From Camelus ferus (taxonomy: Eukaryota), in the NCBI RefSeq assembly GCF_009834535.1, contig NC_045696.1, positions 83,702,001-83,766,000 on the forward strand: DNA of 64,000 nt. The letters run 5' to 3'. The position numbers and the translations under genes are program-made. Under the pieces are notes generated by a model. The model was not told the DNA's origin. It saw only the letters and a list, made by a program, of their open reading frames with translations, and ran no database searches. Shown piece by piece: positions 28,479 through 41,350 of this stretch (position 1 is its first letter; the number at the start of each line of letters is the position of its first letter).

Positions 28479-29255
28479 AGTTGGGATGGATAGGCTTCTC
28501 CTTGTTTTCCCCAGAACACATCTGCCCTCCCTCCCCCGCTCGCTGGGCAGCTCTGTCTCCTTCAGTAGCCTGGGTAGGTAGGGTTGATGAAGTTCGGGAA
28601 GGTCCTACAGCTTGACATCAGTTTGCCTTTGGTTTCTTGCCATGACCGATGTAAGCCTAACTTGTTCTTTTGTGGGTGCTGCTATAGGTTCTTTCATGGG
28701 GACGGTCCCTTCTGCCTTTGTTTCTGTGGCCTCTTTCAGCCAACGTCAGTATGCTGCCCGCGTTCCCTCACTGACTCAAGCAGCTTTAATTCAGACTCCA
28801 CTCATGTTGGCTCAGTAGTACGTATGGAATATCTGGGTGGAAATGCTCTCCTCTTGCCTAGGAGAGAGGTGGGAACTAGACATACAGATGTGGGGGTAAA
28901 TGCTGCGCTGATGGGAACTGAAGTCATGAGACTGGACATGCTTGTCTAGTAGAGACACAGAACCTCAGAGACTCACCTTCCAGAAGCAAGAGGACAAGGA
29001 GCTGCCAAGAAGGTGGAAGCCTCTTCCACAGCGTTGGTTCTATAAAGAGGCGCAGACTGCACAGGAGTCGGCCCAGAATTATGTCTATTAGTCTGTCTAT
29101 TTTTTACTCGGAAGTGGAACTTAAGTAATGCCTGCATTTTAATTTTAACTGTGAAAGGACTCTAAACTGACTTCTTCCTGTTTTGAAAATTGATGTTAAT
29201 TTTACTTTAGAATTTCTGATTCTTTGAAGATGAGTTTTAACTTTTTTTTTTCCAG

Positions 29256-29330
29256 TTGTGTATGAACACAGATCAAGATTAGAGAAATCCTTGCAGAAGG
29301 AAAGACTTGAACATAAAAAAGCAAAGGAAG
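29256..29330 (+). CDS. GOLIM4: GOLIM4 exon 2 (75 nt, phase 1-1): VVYEHRSRLEKSLQKERLEHKKAKE
   Basis: T-tract+ccag acceptor, AAG|gtaaat donor; peptide matches recalled GOLIM4. Confidence 0.96.
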
Positions 29331-30266
29331 GTAAATAAATAATATAAATGGTGTTCTAAGTTTTTTTTTTATCATACTCTTCTTTGAAGTAACATGTACT
29401 AGCTTTACTATTTTTTGTCTAACACATTTTTCAACTCACCCAAAGTCTGTTTCATACGTGGACAGAGAAGGAGATATCAAGCAATATGCTATACATTGTG
29501 CAACAAAATAATTCCTGCTCAGGATTGGATTTAGAATCTTTCATTCAGTTTGTGCTGCTTTGAGGTTGTTCATATATTGGTTATATGTATTACTTCAAAA
29601 ATAACACACACCTTTCCATTTGAATATTACATACGTTGCTAACACCTAGAACTTCTGTCCACAGATACCCAGGAAAGTAACAGCATGCACTGTCCAGAAT
29701 ATGACAAATATTGTATATACATGTACATATGACTGCATTTATACATAATGAATCGATCTCATATGATGATGCCTTTTAGGTTGTGCACCTGTTTTTCTGT
29801 CTTGTGATAAAGGCTTTATTGGCACCAACCAGTTGGTTTGGTTTGAAAAATTAACATTTAGCACAAGTATTAGGCAATGCTATTGATTTTTATTAGAAGT
29901 TTTCAATAAAGCATGGACTTCATATCGCTTGTGATTTGAAGTAACCTGCATTCTTATTTTTCTTTCTTCATGTTTTGTGGTAAGTCTCGAGGTTTAAGTG
30001 AGGTGTTCCGTCTGACTACCTCAGTGCGGGTAGGAGGGAGAACAGGGGAGGGCAGTATGGGCTAAGATGTTTTGCTGACCCTTGGATTAAGCCTGTGTGA
30101 AGAAGAGAAGTTTAAGATCATTGAAATGCTTTGACAGGATTTGGATTTTTCCTTGTCTTCAATCGCAGAGTGATTTTATAGAGCCATCTAGTGGATAATA
30201 AAGCTTTAAGCGCATTAAGGATGGTTTCCACGGAGTGAAACTTTTCAGGTCCTGGGTGATTTCCAT

Positions 30267-30283
30267 GTGCCACCTAGCGGCCA
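30267..30283 (-). promoter_or_regulatory. Candidate CTCF binding site
   Basis: Minus strand TGGCCGCTAGGTGGCAC closely fits the CTCF core consensus. Confidence 0.55.
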
Positions 30284-30628
30284 GCAGTAAGTTATCTCTG
30301 TCCTTAGATGTTTTTCCGTCCTTGATCTCAAGGAGAGCTCGTCACAGTGTACACATTCTAAATGCACTTTCAGTCAGTTGGTTATGATGTGGATTTTGTT
30401 GATACAAGATTCACAGCTTTAAGGTAAAGAGGAAGACTGTATAGTAGTTCTTTTCAATTCTTTCTAAAGCCTTAAAAGACAAAGTTAAGTGTATAAGTCA
30501 CCAAGTGGATTGTCTTAAACCTAAAACATTTTTAAAATTCTGAATAAAATTTGCCTTTATTCTTTTCGATGTCTAAAAATTCCACAAGGAATAACTTATG
30601 CTCTTTTTCTCCATTTTGTATTTTCTAG

Positions 30629-30678
30629 ATTTTCTGGTTTATAAGTTAGAAGCACAAGAAACACTAAATAAGGGAAGG
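30629..30678 (+). CDS. GOLIM4: GOLIM4 exon 3 (50 nt): DFLVYKLEAQETLNKGR
   Basis: ttttctag acceptor, AGG|gtgagt donor; peptide is inside ORF 30598..30840. Confidence 0.96.
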
Positions 30679-32264
30679 GTGAGTTTTTTTTCTCTCTTAA
30701 TTTTTTATTTCATGAAACTTGAAAGAGAGGGAAATATAGTCACAAAATCCTTTACTCTGTTGATGATTAGGATTACAGGGCTGAAATACATTTCTTCCTT
30801 CCTTCCTTCCGCCAAAAAATTCCGAGAGGAAAGCCCTTAAAAATTGTGTTTTTAAAACCTACCTTTCTTTGCTTATCATACTTTGGCAATCGTGGTAAAC
30901 TGGAAATAGCCCTAATGTTCAACAATAAAGAGAAGGTGGTTTTTACTTACTTATTCACTTGTGGTCTCTCTTTGCTCTAGAATGGGATACCGATTTTGAC
31001 TTGCCTTTGCATGACATTGCTGTCACTCGCACAGGCATTACTGTGTAAAGTCCAGCACAGTTACCAGGCCTAGAGTTCACATGTTCAGATGTTCAAAAAC
31101 AATTCTGGAATGAATAAGTGAATAAATGATATTGGCATTTTAAAAATGTTCAAGTCCAGATTCACTGGAGAAAAACAAGTTTTTCTCTTACTCTAAGAAA
31201 AATATGTAAGCATATAAACCACTGGCGCTTTGCAGTATTAAAACTGAGAAGTCCGCTCTTTGAATAGGTAGGAGGCTGTCAGCTTTCAGCTCTTACTTGC
31301 TTTTAAAAGCCCTAACCAAAACTGTGTGCATTCTGTTGTGCATTTTATAACGTAACTTACCACAAATTAAAGTAAAATAGTAAAGCAATAAAATAAAGTG
31401 ATAAAGCAAAAATGCAGTTCACTTTAGAAGTTGCAAGATCATGAAAGAAAGCAATAGTCGAGGCTGCGCTCGTGCTGGCGATGGGGTGAAGCAAGGCCTG
31501 GGGCACTGAGAACACAGCAGTGTGGGGAGAGAACACTTTCCGGTGTTGTTTGTATACTGACTGGTTACGGCTGCCCAGGACTGCACTGGACACCGGTGAG
31601 GTGCAGACATGAGGATGCTGTACCGACACACGGAGACGTGCTGCCGGGGCACGGAGTTCAGCCGCAGGCATGGGCTCAAGTTTCAGTCCTGGCTCCACTA
31701 CTAAAGCAAGTGTCTGCTCTCGGCCTGTTGCTTACTCTTTCTGTCTCTCACTGGGAGCTGGAGTCCAATTGGGGTAAAGTAACATACATAGAATTTCTTA
31801 CCCACTGAATCTCAAGGGAGGAAAACGCCTGTTCTCTCCCCTCCCTGGAGCCATACTCAGCTTGTGAGGCCTGGCCATTGTTGGGTTATCTCCCCCTCCC
31901 CTTGGGCCACCCAGCGCTGTGTGTTAGCCACACGTGGTGCTGTGTCTGTGCATCTGGGCCTGTTTTTCTTCTGAGTATGAGAGGGAGTAAATCACCTCTA
32001 AGGGCCCTGTCAAGCCACTGTTTCATAGTTCCATGTCCAGCTTTTTCATTACTAAAGTCGAGCAGACTTACAGGAATGTTGAAACTTCATTTCTGCTGTT
32101 AAGTAAGGAGATGGTCTTAGAAATATTCTGGTTCAAGCTTAGAATTCATGTTAGCTTACACAAGTGAAATGAGTGAAATTCTTCTATTAAGAGCTTTAAG
32201 TTCTATTTAGCAAAAGAGCCAGATATGTTATCTTTGTGTTAACTATTTGCTTTTTAATTTACAG

Positions 32265-32318
32265 CAAGATTCCAATAGTAGATACAGCGCATTGAATGTC
32301 CAACATCAGATGTTGAAA
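32265..32318 (+). CDS. GOLIM4: GOLIM4 exon 4 (54 nt): QDSNSRYSALNVQHQMLK
   Basis: tttacag acceptor, AAA|gtgagt donor. Confidence 0.96.
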
Positions 32319-33561
32319 GTGAGTAATTTAAAGTTGTTCTTCATGAAGGAAGGAAAGGATTAACTCAGTAAGGAAAGTTAACAGAAAGTTGATTTGTATT
32401 GTAATATGGTATTTTCTTATAAATCAGGGCTCTCTGATCACCTAATGTTTAATTTTGTTCTTTATCTTTTAAGGATTTTTGTTTGTTTTTTTGTCTCATT
32501 TCTCAGAGTGGTTTTCCTTAGATACTGTCTTTTATCTTAGACACACTGGAGGCAGTAGAAGGATTAAAATGCTTCCATCGTGTTACTAATGTTTAAAATT
32601 GGTGTCCTTTTACCTACCAGAGGAACACAGTTTATATTTAAAGATTCTCCTTCCTTGGTTCTTGGATAAAACTCATTCTATGTCAGGAGAGACAAGGGGG
32701 GTGGGGGGGGGGAGAGAGGGGTGGGGAGAGGGGGAGAGAGAGAGAGAGATTCATTATCTCTGTCCAGCCAGAAGAGATGAGCAGCAGCCTTGTGCACCCC
32801 ACACAACGGGAAAACTACGCACCCTCTCCACCGCTTACCTCCCGGCCCCCAGCTTTTTGTTCGATATTGTCTTTCCTGCTGTAGGGCATATGCTTTTTAT
32901 TGAAACCAGAGTCTTTCCTATTATCAAGAGAGCAATACACGAATTAAAGGAGACCACCCTTTCACATTAAGCATTTGGAGGCTGTAGACTTTATCTATAT
33001 TGTGATTACAGCTTAGTATTATAATCAGGAGTAATTAAAGTAAGAATCATTTATAAACAGTCGATTTATTATTTCCCCCAAAGGGAAAAAAAGTCTTTTT
33101 TCCCCTGTTCTTTAAACTGGTTTATCAGGAAGGCTGAAAATCAAAGAAGGGAAATAAAAAATGTTGCTGGGAAAATATCAGATTGAAAGAGGCAGTCTAG
33201 CATGCCCGTAGAGGGGGAGTTTTTCCATTGGCTTTATCTGGTTTCCACAGTAACTTGAGTCCCTGGGACTTTCTCCAGGGCCAACCCTTTTTCATCTCTC
33301 ATGCTAACTTCCAACTTCTTGTTGTTCACATTAATGTTAAAAATTAAGGAGAAAATTATCCTTGGCCACGATCCCAGACTATTTGTTTGAAATGGAAGGG
33401 AAATGGAAGGGAGCTGCACAAATTTGAAGCAACCTGAGGAAAATGAAGCCTGCTTCTTCATTTGCACATCCTTTCTTGCAAGAGAAAGGCTACTCTATCT
33501 AGAGATAGATTCTGTGTCATTGAGAGCATGTACGTCTTTGCTCAAGTTTTCATCTTTGCAG

Positions 33562-33712
33562 AGTCAACACGAGGAGCTGAAGAAGCAGCACAGCGACTTG
33601 GAGGAGGAACACCGCAAACAAGGAGAGGACTTCAGCAGGACGTTTAATGACCACAAGCAGAGATACCTGCAGCTGCAGCAGGAGAAAGAACAAGAGCTTT
33701 CTAAGCTAAAAG
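33562..33712 (+). CDS. GOLIM4: GOLIM4 exon 5 (151 nt): SQHEELKKQHSDLEEEHRKQGEDFSRTFNDHKQRYLQLQQEKEQELSKLK
   Basis: ctttgcag acceptor, AAG|gtgttt donor (weak); inside ORF 33403..33732. Confidence 0.95.
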
Positions 33713-34109
33713 GTGTTTGGAAATCTAATTAGCCCGTCTGTATGGAAATGAATAAGCCTATTAATGTTTGAGTAGAACAGTAGACTTTTGGGTTTTTTGT
33801 TGTTGTTGCTGCTTGGTGATTGATTTATATTATCATGTGGTCCTTTCCAGCTACTTCTTACTTCTTTATGACATTTCACATTTATACTTGTCTCTTTGGG
33901 TTTGTTTGGGGAAACAGAATAGAATACTCAGTGTTTCTCAGCAGAGCACGTTGGCCATGCAGGGCAAGGCGGTTCTCCTTGTACGTGTGTTACGAGACAT
34001 TTAGCATCTCTGATGCCACCCACGAAATGCCATCGGTGCTCCCCTCACAGCGATGCATCTGCAGGTCACCACGCGGCCCAAAGACTCCCTGTGGGTCACT
34101 CGTAGTAGC

Positions 34110-34300
34110 TTCAAAGAGCTCAGGCTCTGGAATCCGCCTGCCCTGGTCGGACTTGGCCTCTTCAGTGGCTACTTACGTGACCCTGGGTAGGTTGTGTAAG
34201 TCACCACAGGCTTCATTGTCCTCATCTGTGACAATGGGATAAAACGTATCGGCCTCGTAGAGAACAGTTACTGATACACGGTAGACCTTTAGTACACGGT
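34110..34300. mobile_element. MIR SINE
   Basis: 'aagagctcaggctctggaatcc...gtgaccctgggtaggtt...cctcatctgtgacaatgggataa'. Confidence 0.7.
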
Positions 34301-35809
34301 AACCGGCAGCGGCAGCAGGTATTTTCACAGTCATGTGGAACAAAATATATCACCTCTGAGTACGTGTGAGTTCTAGAAAAGGGAAGTAGCACCTTCTATA
34401 GTCACTTATTCGGATTCTAAATAAGTTTGAAGTGTGAGATTTGGTTTAAAAAGTTACACAGTGCTTCCAAAAACAAGGGTGAAATACAAGTAAGGTCTTC
34501 TGGAATCGAGTTGCTTGTACTGTGCCAAGTGATTCCCTGGTTTTATATAAAATGTCATCATAGGAAGAAGCTGTGTGGGTCCTTTGGACCTTTCTGTACT
34601 TTTTTTTTGCAGTGTTTTATCTGTAAGTATACCCCGCCAGAATAGGTTACAACAAAAAGGCGCATGGGCGTTAAGTAGCCGTTGAGGCAGTTTACAGAGG
34701 GCTCAGGCAGTCTTAATGGAGTTGGGCCCGATGTCAGATGGTCCCCAAGAGACGTAGACATGTCGGGGCCTTGGCTTGTTGGTGGTGTGGCAGGTGGTGA
34801 TGAGTCAAGATAACGAAAGAGAGAAAGGGAGAAAGACTGGACACCGGAAGTCCTCGCAAAGGTAGGAGAAGGGAAGAGAGAGCCAGGTCCAGAGTCCAGG
34901 CAGCACTTGCCACCCTGGGGCAGCGACACCTGTGTGTGGTGAGGGAGGTGACGTTTGGCTTATTGGACATACTGTTTATAAACTTGAGCTAAGCTGAGTA
35001 AATACATTTAATTATACCGATGTTAAGTAGCTATATTAAGGAGTGAGCAATAAAATTTTCTAGGTACCTAACCTATGTTTAGTATACTTCACATAATTTA
35101 ATTTAATTTTAGTGGTAATTTAGTTAATTTAATTTTAGCAGTCGCCCTAAAGGGCATGTTTTCTTATGTCCACTGTGTATTTACTCCTTTCTTTGAAACC
35201 AAGTTACATGTATAGTGAAATTTTAACAAGAAATCAGAACCATGGAAAATAGGAGGACACTTGTATATGAGTCCTGCATGCTCAGGTAACTCCAGCCTGG
35301 TGGCCTGGTCTGAGCTTCCTGGGACCAGGATAAAGGGGACATACAGTAAGTTAGAGGGCTCTTGTCATCAGAAGAGAGAATCTCCCAATACCTGGGAGGG
35401 TGAGGGAGAGACAGACAGAGATGGAATCAGAGAGAGAGTAAGAGAAGGAGCGAGATGGAGAACAGTATTTCTGGTACCAATTACTTTTTGGAAGAAGTTT
35501 CTCAGAGAGACTTTGGACAAGTTAACTTGACACCGCCCTTGATGACACTTTGATAAGGAAGCAGTTTTCACATCAGCACTTTTGTTTGATTGCGATCCCT
35601 AAGAAAAGCTTAAGATAGTGAGGTAAAGCACACTGTGACAGACACGGGTCTGTAGCGGTCAGCCATGCAGTATTTAGTCCGAATAGCCATTGGTAGATGA
35701 ATGTGATACGGGAGGGAATTGAGAACTTAGGACACGCGTAGCTCTGAGCTGACAGCACATAAGCTTTGATGGTGAGTCTTCTCAATCCTGTTACAATGAC
35801 AGCTGACAC

Positions 35810-36000
35810 AGCAGATGTTTTCCATGTGCCAGTACCAGGTGCAACTCTTCAAACAGTTATCTTACTTAATTCTCATAGCAGCCTATAAGGTAGGCATTAT
35901 ATTGAGTCTAATTTAACAAATGAAGAAACTGAGGCCTCCTAAAGTTAAGTAACTTGCTCAAGGTGACACAGCAAAGGCACGGGAGCTACTGCCATTAAGG
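35810..36000. mobile_element. MIR SINE (opposite orientation to 34110)
   Basis: 'ttaattctcatagcagcctataaggtagg...aaatgaagaaactgaggc...gttaagtaacttgctcaaggtgacacagc'. Confidence 0.75.
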
Positions 36001-37463
36001 TTATAAACTGAATTCCTTTAAAAGTCAGCCAGGTTTGGGTGTTTGAAGCGCATGTGTGCGTGTGTGGAGACTGGGGCCCCATCCAGTCAGCGGCACACAA
36101 GTGGTCCTCTTGGATCGCCACTGGTGTCCTGTTTTGACTTTTGAGAAAATCCATGAATACATGGAGGTGGGCAGCCCAACCACCGGCCACACTTCCCACC
36201 TTATTCTTGATCTCTCCCCAAACCCAGCCACGAATCCACTGCCCAGGGGCTAAGCAGGAAGTATGATGAAGTGAAAGCGGACAGAAAATGTGAGGAGAGA
36301 TGGTGACTGGCACTTTCCTTCAGTGCCAAGAGCCTCTGTGGAGACTCAAAATCCTGTCTGCAGTGAGTGGCTGCCACTTTGGGGGTGGTTTGCCCAGCAC
36401 AGTCTAGGCTCATTCCTGCTACTGTCCCCGCTCAATTCTCAACAGCATCCCCTTTCACTCTCGAAAGGATCTCCCACTGGAAAATGAATTCTGTGGCCCC
36501 CCAGCCACCGTTTAACTTCTGCTGAGTGCTGTCATGTGAGAATTGTCTGAGTGTTGCCAGATCTTACCAGACGCAAATTCTTGATTTTTAAATGGTGCCA
36601 GCTATTCAAATGCAAAAGACACTGTATATAGGCCAACACTGAAGGGGCCAAAAAAAAAAAAAGTTTGTGAATTTATATTTGGCCCAAAGGCTGCCAGTTC
36701 ATAACATCTGATGTCCGATTACAGAACATGTGAGAAAATTATCAGGAAGGTAAGAGAAGTGGGTCTAGAATCTTTAGTCGCTGAGGCTGTTCCCAGAACA
36801 GTAGGGCTTGAGGCTGGGGAGATTTTAGGACTTCACTCTGATGGCTACAGTCTCACAGCGTAGCCCTGGAGAGATCTGTCCTATAGCATTTGGAGGGAGA
36901 ATTTGGACTCATGAAGAACTCAATGGTAGGAGAAAGAAAATATACTGACAGTTTTTCAGCAGATGGGGTGTTGCTCTGTCTCTTATTTCTTGAGTTGCCT
37001 TTGTAACTGAAATACCTCTTGGGGACTGTGGAAATTATTCATGCTCTGAGAAATACGGTTTGTGCTTTTCATAACTCTGTTTTTAATTTGTGAAGAGACT
37101 AAAATTCTTAGATGAACCCTACCCATTACATTTTATTCCTGCAGGCTTGCGTATTAACATAAGTACTTCACTTTTAACTCCTGAGTAATTAAAAAATCCT
37201 TAACTTCTTCTACAACGTGTAGCTTATTTAAAAGTATTTAAACTACTGAACCAGACTGCAGTGGGTTGTCCAGCTGAATCCATGCCACAATCCCCAAACG
37301 TTACAGTTTTCGTTGATTTGGAACAAAATTTCCAAATACTGCACAGTCAAACTTTAAAACAAATCCTAGAAAAAGTGATGTGAGGATTTGGATGTGAAAA
37401 GAATAGAATCAAGAGCCTGAACGTCCCAGGGCTTTACGCATGATTTTCCTTTTTCTAAAATAG

Positions 37464-37546
37464 AAACCGTGTACAATCTGAGAGAAGAGAACAGACAGCT
37501 GAGGAGAGCACACCAGGACATGCACACACAGCTTCAGGACGTCAAG
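37464..37546 (+). CDS. GOLIM4: GOLIM4 exon 6 (83 nt): ETVYNLREENRQLRRAHQDMHTQLQDVK
   Basis: ttcctttttctaaaatag acceptor, AAG|gtaaag donor. Confidence 0.95.
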
Positions 37547-38087
37547 GTAAAGGAAAACCCAGCACCTGACGGTTTAATAGTGTTTGCCTGCTTTACACCA
37601 CGGAGCCCCCACCTCCACTGATAGAGTGACTCTAAAAGTCGCTCCCACTTGACCTGCTTGACAGTCCACACAGTGATTTTGGGCTTTGCATAAACCGTGC
37701 CCAATACTTGTACCACTTCTGCATCGTAAACTAAATGATAATCTGGAAATCCCAACATGTCCATTAGTACTGGAATGACTCTTTTGCTGGATGGTTGCAT
37801 TTTAGTAAGCTTTTTATTTTTGCAAAGGTTTGTTAATAATGAACGATATTTTCCTTTTTGTTTTGATTTCACTGTATGTGATTATGATATTTGGGTAGCA
37901 CGTTTCAGATTGTGGAATATTGCATTCATCATAGTCTTCCCTCTGTAAAGATTTTTGAACTTAACAAATGCTGCTGCAGCTACAAACAAACAAGCAACCA
38001 ACGTTTGGGTGGCCGTACCACTGTCTGCCCAGGAGGAGTTTGTCCCAGAATGTTAAAACTCAACATGTAAAATTCTTTTTTGTGTAG

Positions 38088-38171
38088 CAACAGCATAAGA
38101 ATTTACTCTCGGAGCATGAACAACTTGTAGTGACTTTGGAAGACCACAAGAGTGCGCTAGCTGCTGCACAG
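38088..38171 (+). CDS. GOLIM4: GOLIM4 exon 7 (84 nt, symmetric phase 0-0 cassette): QQHKNLLSEHEQLVVTLEDHKSALAAAQ
   Basis: ttcttttttgtgtag acceptor, CAG|gttaga donor; 28 codons (four heptads). Confidence 0.95.
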
Positions 38172-38236
38172 GTTAGAAGGGTAGCAGCCTCTGGGTTCTT
38201 TATTTAAAGTCGGCTTAGCATTTCTGAATTCCTCTC

Positions 38237-38307
38237 TGCATGGAGTCTCTTACAAGCCAATCTTCACTGAGTTCCTTAAGACAGAGCTTTCCTGAAGATC
38301 ATGCATG
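38237..38307 (+). promoter_or_regulatory. Two RBFOX elements (TGCATG) downstream of cassette exon 7
   Basis: TGCATG at 38237-38242 and 38302-38307, 66 and 131 nt into intron 7. Confidence 0.6.
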
Positions 38308-39869
38308 CTTTCAAAACTCAATCAAGAAACATGAAATAAACCTTCGATTTTTTTTTTTTGGCACTGGCAGTGTGGTGCATATGACTGTTTCTACCCTCCA
38401 CCAGCTCCTACAGGCAGTAGTTTAATATTTGCTTAAATCACAGGGATTGTCCCATATACATGGTCTTTTGCCACTGCCTGACCTGCGATGACTCTTGCTA
38501 TGTGATCTGTAGGATTTTACGATGCTAGGTACCTAAATAAATTGTTGTCAGACTTTCTCTTCTGCCCCTCCCTCCCTTGCTCCCAGCCTGTACACAGTGC
38601 TTTTGGGAACAGGCTTATATGCTGTTGGTCAAATTACAGAAAATCAGAAGAGAACTCATGTCAATAGAGAAGGAAAGACAAAAGTCGTAAGCTTCATTTG
38701 TTCAAAGCCTAGAACAGTCCTTGGCACAAGGCTGGCCCTCAGTAGATATTTTCTGAGTGAACAAACAAACAAATACAAGTGTTGGAGAGCTTATTAACGG
38801 AACGTCACACTGAATGCTTTACAGCTTTCTAGTCGAAGCAAAGGAATAGGAATGGCTGGCACCTTAGTCGCCGTGATGTCTTAATCACTGGTCTTCACTT
38901 TTCTTCTCTTGGAAGAATTAAAAGGAAAGAGCAAAGAAAAACCAACTATCTGTGCTTACCAGGAGACCATGTGTTATTTTTTGTCTTTATAAAATTATTA
39001 AAAGTGTAATATGCTGCGCGCTGATCCGTCTCAGAGGCTGCAGTGTCTGTGTCTGTGGGACCCCTTTTCAGAGCTGTCATTGACTGGGTGTCTCCTTACA
39101 AAACTGTAGCTGTGTGGTGATTCTTCACACGTGTGTAAGTTAAACTGACTTTAGAGGATGTTATTACATTCATAACCTTCTTTATAAAGTTTTTGCCAAG
39201 TAGTAGTATTTTACATGAAACTACTTTTGACACTGAAAAATGTGACCAACCAATTTAAATACTTTATGTACTATAATGGCCATAAATGTTACACTAAGCA
39301 ACAATTTGAAAATTCAGAAAAATATAAGTAAAATAGTTCAGTTGATGACCCAAAACAAATTTTGCTGTAAGCACACTGAGAGTACTACTGACAAGGTTTT
39401 GTAATAGAAAAAAACCCATATTTAACTTACATATATACAGATAACTTAAGAATTTTCTATTTCTCTTTTTGGCTCCTTTTGTTGGGGCCTCCAAGTTTCT
39501 CCTGCTCTTTTACCCCCATTTTAAAACTTTTGCCAAATCTCCTTAGACAACAAATGCTGTTTCAGGCATCTTCATTTTTCACATAAATCATCTTATGGGA
39601 TTCTGTCCTGATAACCTGATTTTTAAATGTAATTGATGGAGAAAGCAGGAACAGAGTAGAATTTGAGACTTTACAGTTTGTCAGGGATTATCATCATAAT
39701 TTTATATACAGAATTTTGCTTAATATTTACAACCTCTTGAGTTAAATAATATTGTATCATTTTTGTAAGTAAATAAAGTGAGATCAAACAGAGTACGTAC
39801 CTGGCCCGAGATCAGTGCCCAGAACCAAGCTTGAAGCTTAGGTCCCCCTGACATCAAAGTCACACTTAA

Positions 39870-40040
39870 CTCTTAAGCTGGGATTTGTGGACACTGCCCT
39901 GTATTACAGTTACTTGGGCCTTGCCCCAGACCTATTGACTTATAATTCCTAGGGCGGGAGTCCAGGAGCCTGCATTTGTAATATGCTCCTTCCATGATTT
40001 AACATGATTCTTAATGCATGCTAATATTTGAGAACCACGG
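39870..40040. mobile_element. MER5-like hAT-Charlie relic
   Basis: 'gccccagacctattgac...ggagcctgcatttgtaa...tttgagaaccac'. Confidence 0.55.
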
Positions 40041-41350
40041 CATGGCTGCTTTCAAAGATGCTATATCTGGGAGGAGGAAAAAGAAGATGGGGTAGAATGT
40101 GTGTCTTATTTTTTAATCACAATGTGGATGCCATTTTTTTTTCTTTGACCTCTAAAGTTGGTTTGCAAATGTTTTGATAGGTCTGTGGGCTAAGGGCCGC
40201 TGTTAGCCATATGGCACACCTTCGTATAAATTATAAAGCAACAGTCCCCTGAGACAGTTTAGCAAGCAGACCTCTTCGCCTCTGTGTGAACTAGAAAAAG
40301 ACAGAAAGGCACGTCTTCCTGGAGGGGGAGAGTGCCATGCAGGTGCACAGCTGGGCAGCAGGAGCACGACTGGGTTCCAGCCTCCACTCTCGCTCTGCTG
40401 TGCACACCGAGGGAGGCGGCCCTGTCCGGGGAAGCTCGTTCAGAAGCGATTTCTGTGTTCTTGGTATATGTTTATGTAAGTGGGTGTTTACACACACACA
40501 GCATTTCTGTTTTAGGATAATGATGTTGGTGCATATGATGAGCGAGGTATAAACAGTCTAGTGATATTCTTAAAGTACTTGATTTTTCCTGTCTTTCTAG
40601 CTTCTTGTATCAAAAATATTACACACACACACACACACCCTACCACATATATACAAAGATACACATATATAGTATATTCTAGTCCTATGCCTACATTAGT
40701 GCCTTTATCGCGTTAGAAGAAAAGGGTATTCAGAATTGAAAAATAAAAATCCAGCTTCATTTCATGCCTATGCTCCTGCTTTCCAAAACTGCGGAGCACA
40801 ATATCGTCTAAGTGTTCTGGAGAGGAAGGGACCCTTTTTGAGCACAAATTGACTGGGAGAAGTAGGTGGCCTGAGTGATTATACACATATATTTTCAATT
40901 ACTTATTTTAAACTTATACATCTTTTGCACTGAAAAGACTCAGACCATGTTGGTAAAGATATCTGCACTTATATTTATATAACTGTGGAATTTTAAAATA
41001 GATTTTAATGTCATAAAACCGATTGCATATCTGTCTTACTTTTAATGATATTTATACTAGAAAGTTATAAAAATTCTGGCTTAGTTTAATGTAGCGTAGG
41101 AAACTAACATCTGTCTTAGAGATTTTTTTTTCCATTCCCTTTAACTCTAATTCTAATTTGCATGTGCTGAAAAGTGATTAAGCATGTCGAAGTAAGTATA
41201 GCTAATGCATGGAAACAACCTGCATATTTTTCCTACTTTGCATTTAGGTGTAATATTTTTGTCTAGTCTTGCAGCGAACCATCTATGAATGATACCCTTT
41301 TCCCTCCTCAAATTGTGCAATTTGCATCCAATTGTGCAATTTGTATGCAG

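Noticed and set aside
1..29255. Numerous 60-150 aa ORFs in intron 1
   Set aside because: Most start at non-ATG codons, have random composition or overlap repeats; no nested gene or retrocopy recognised.
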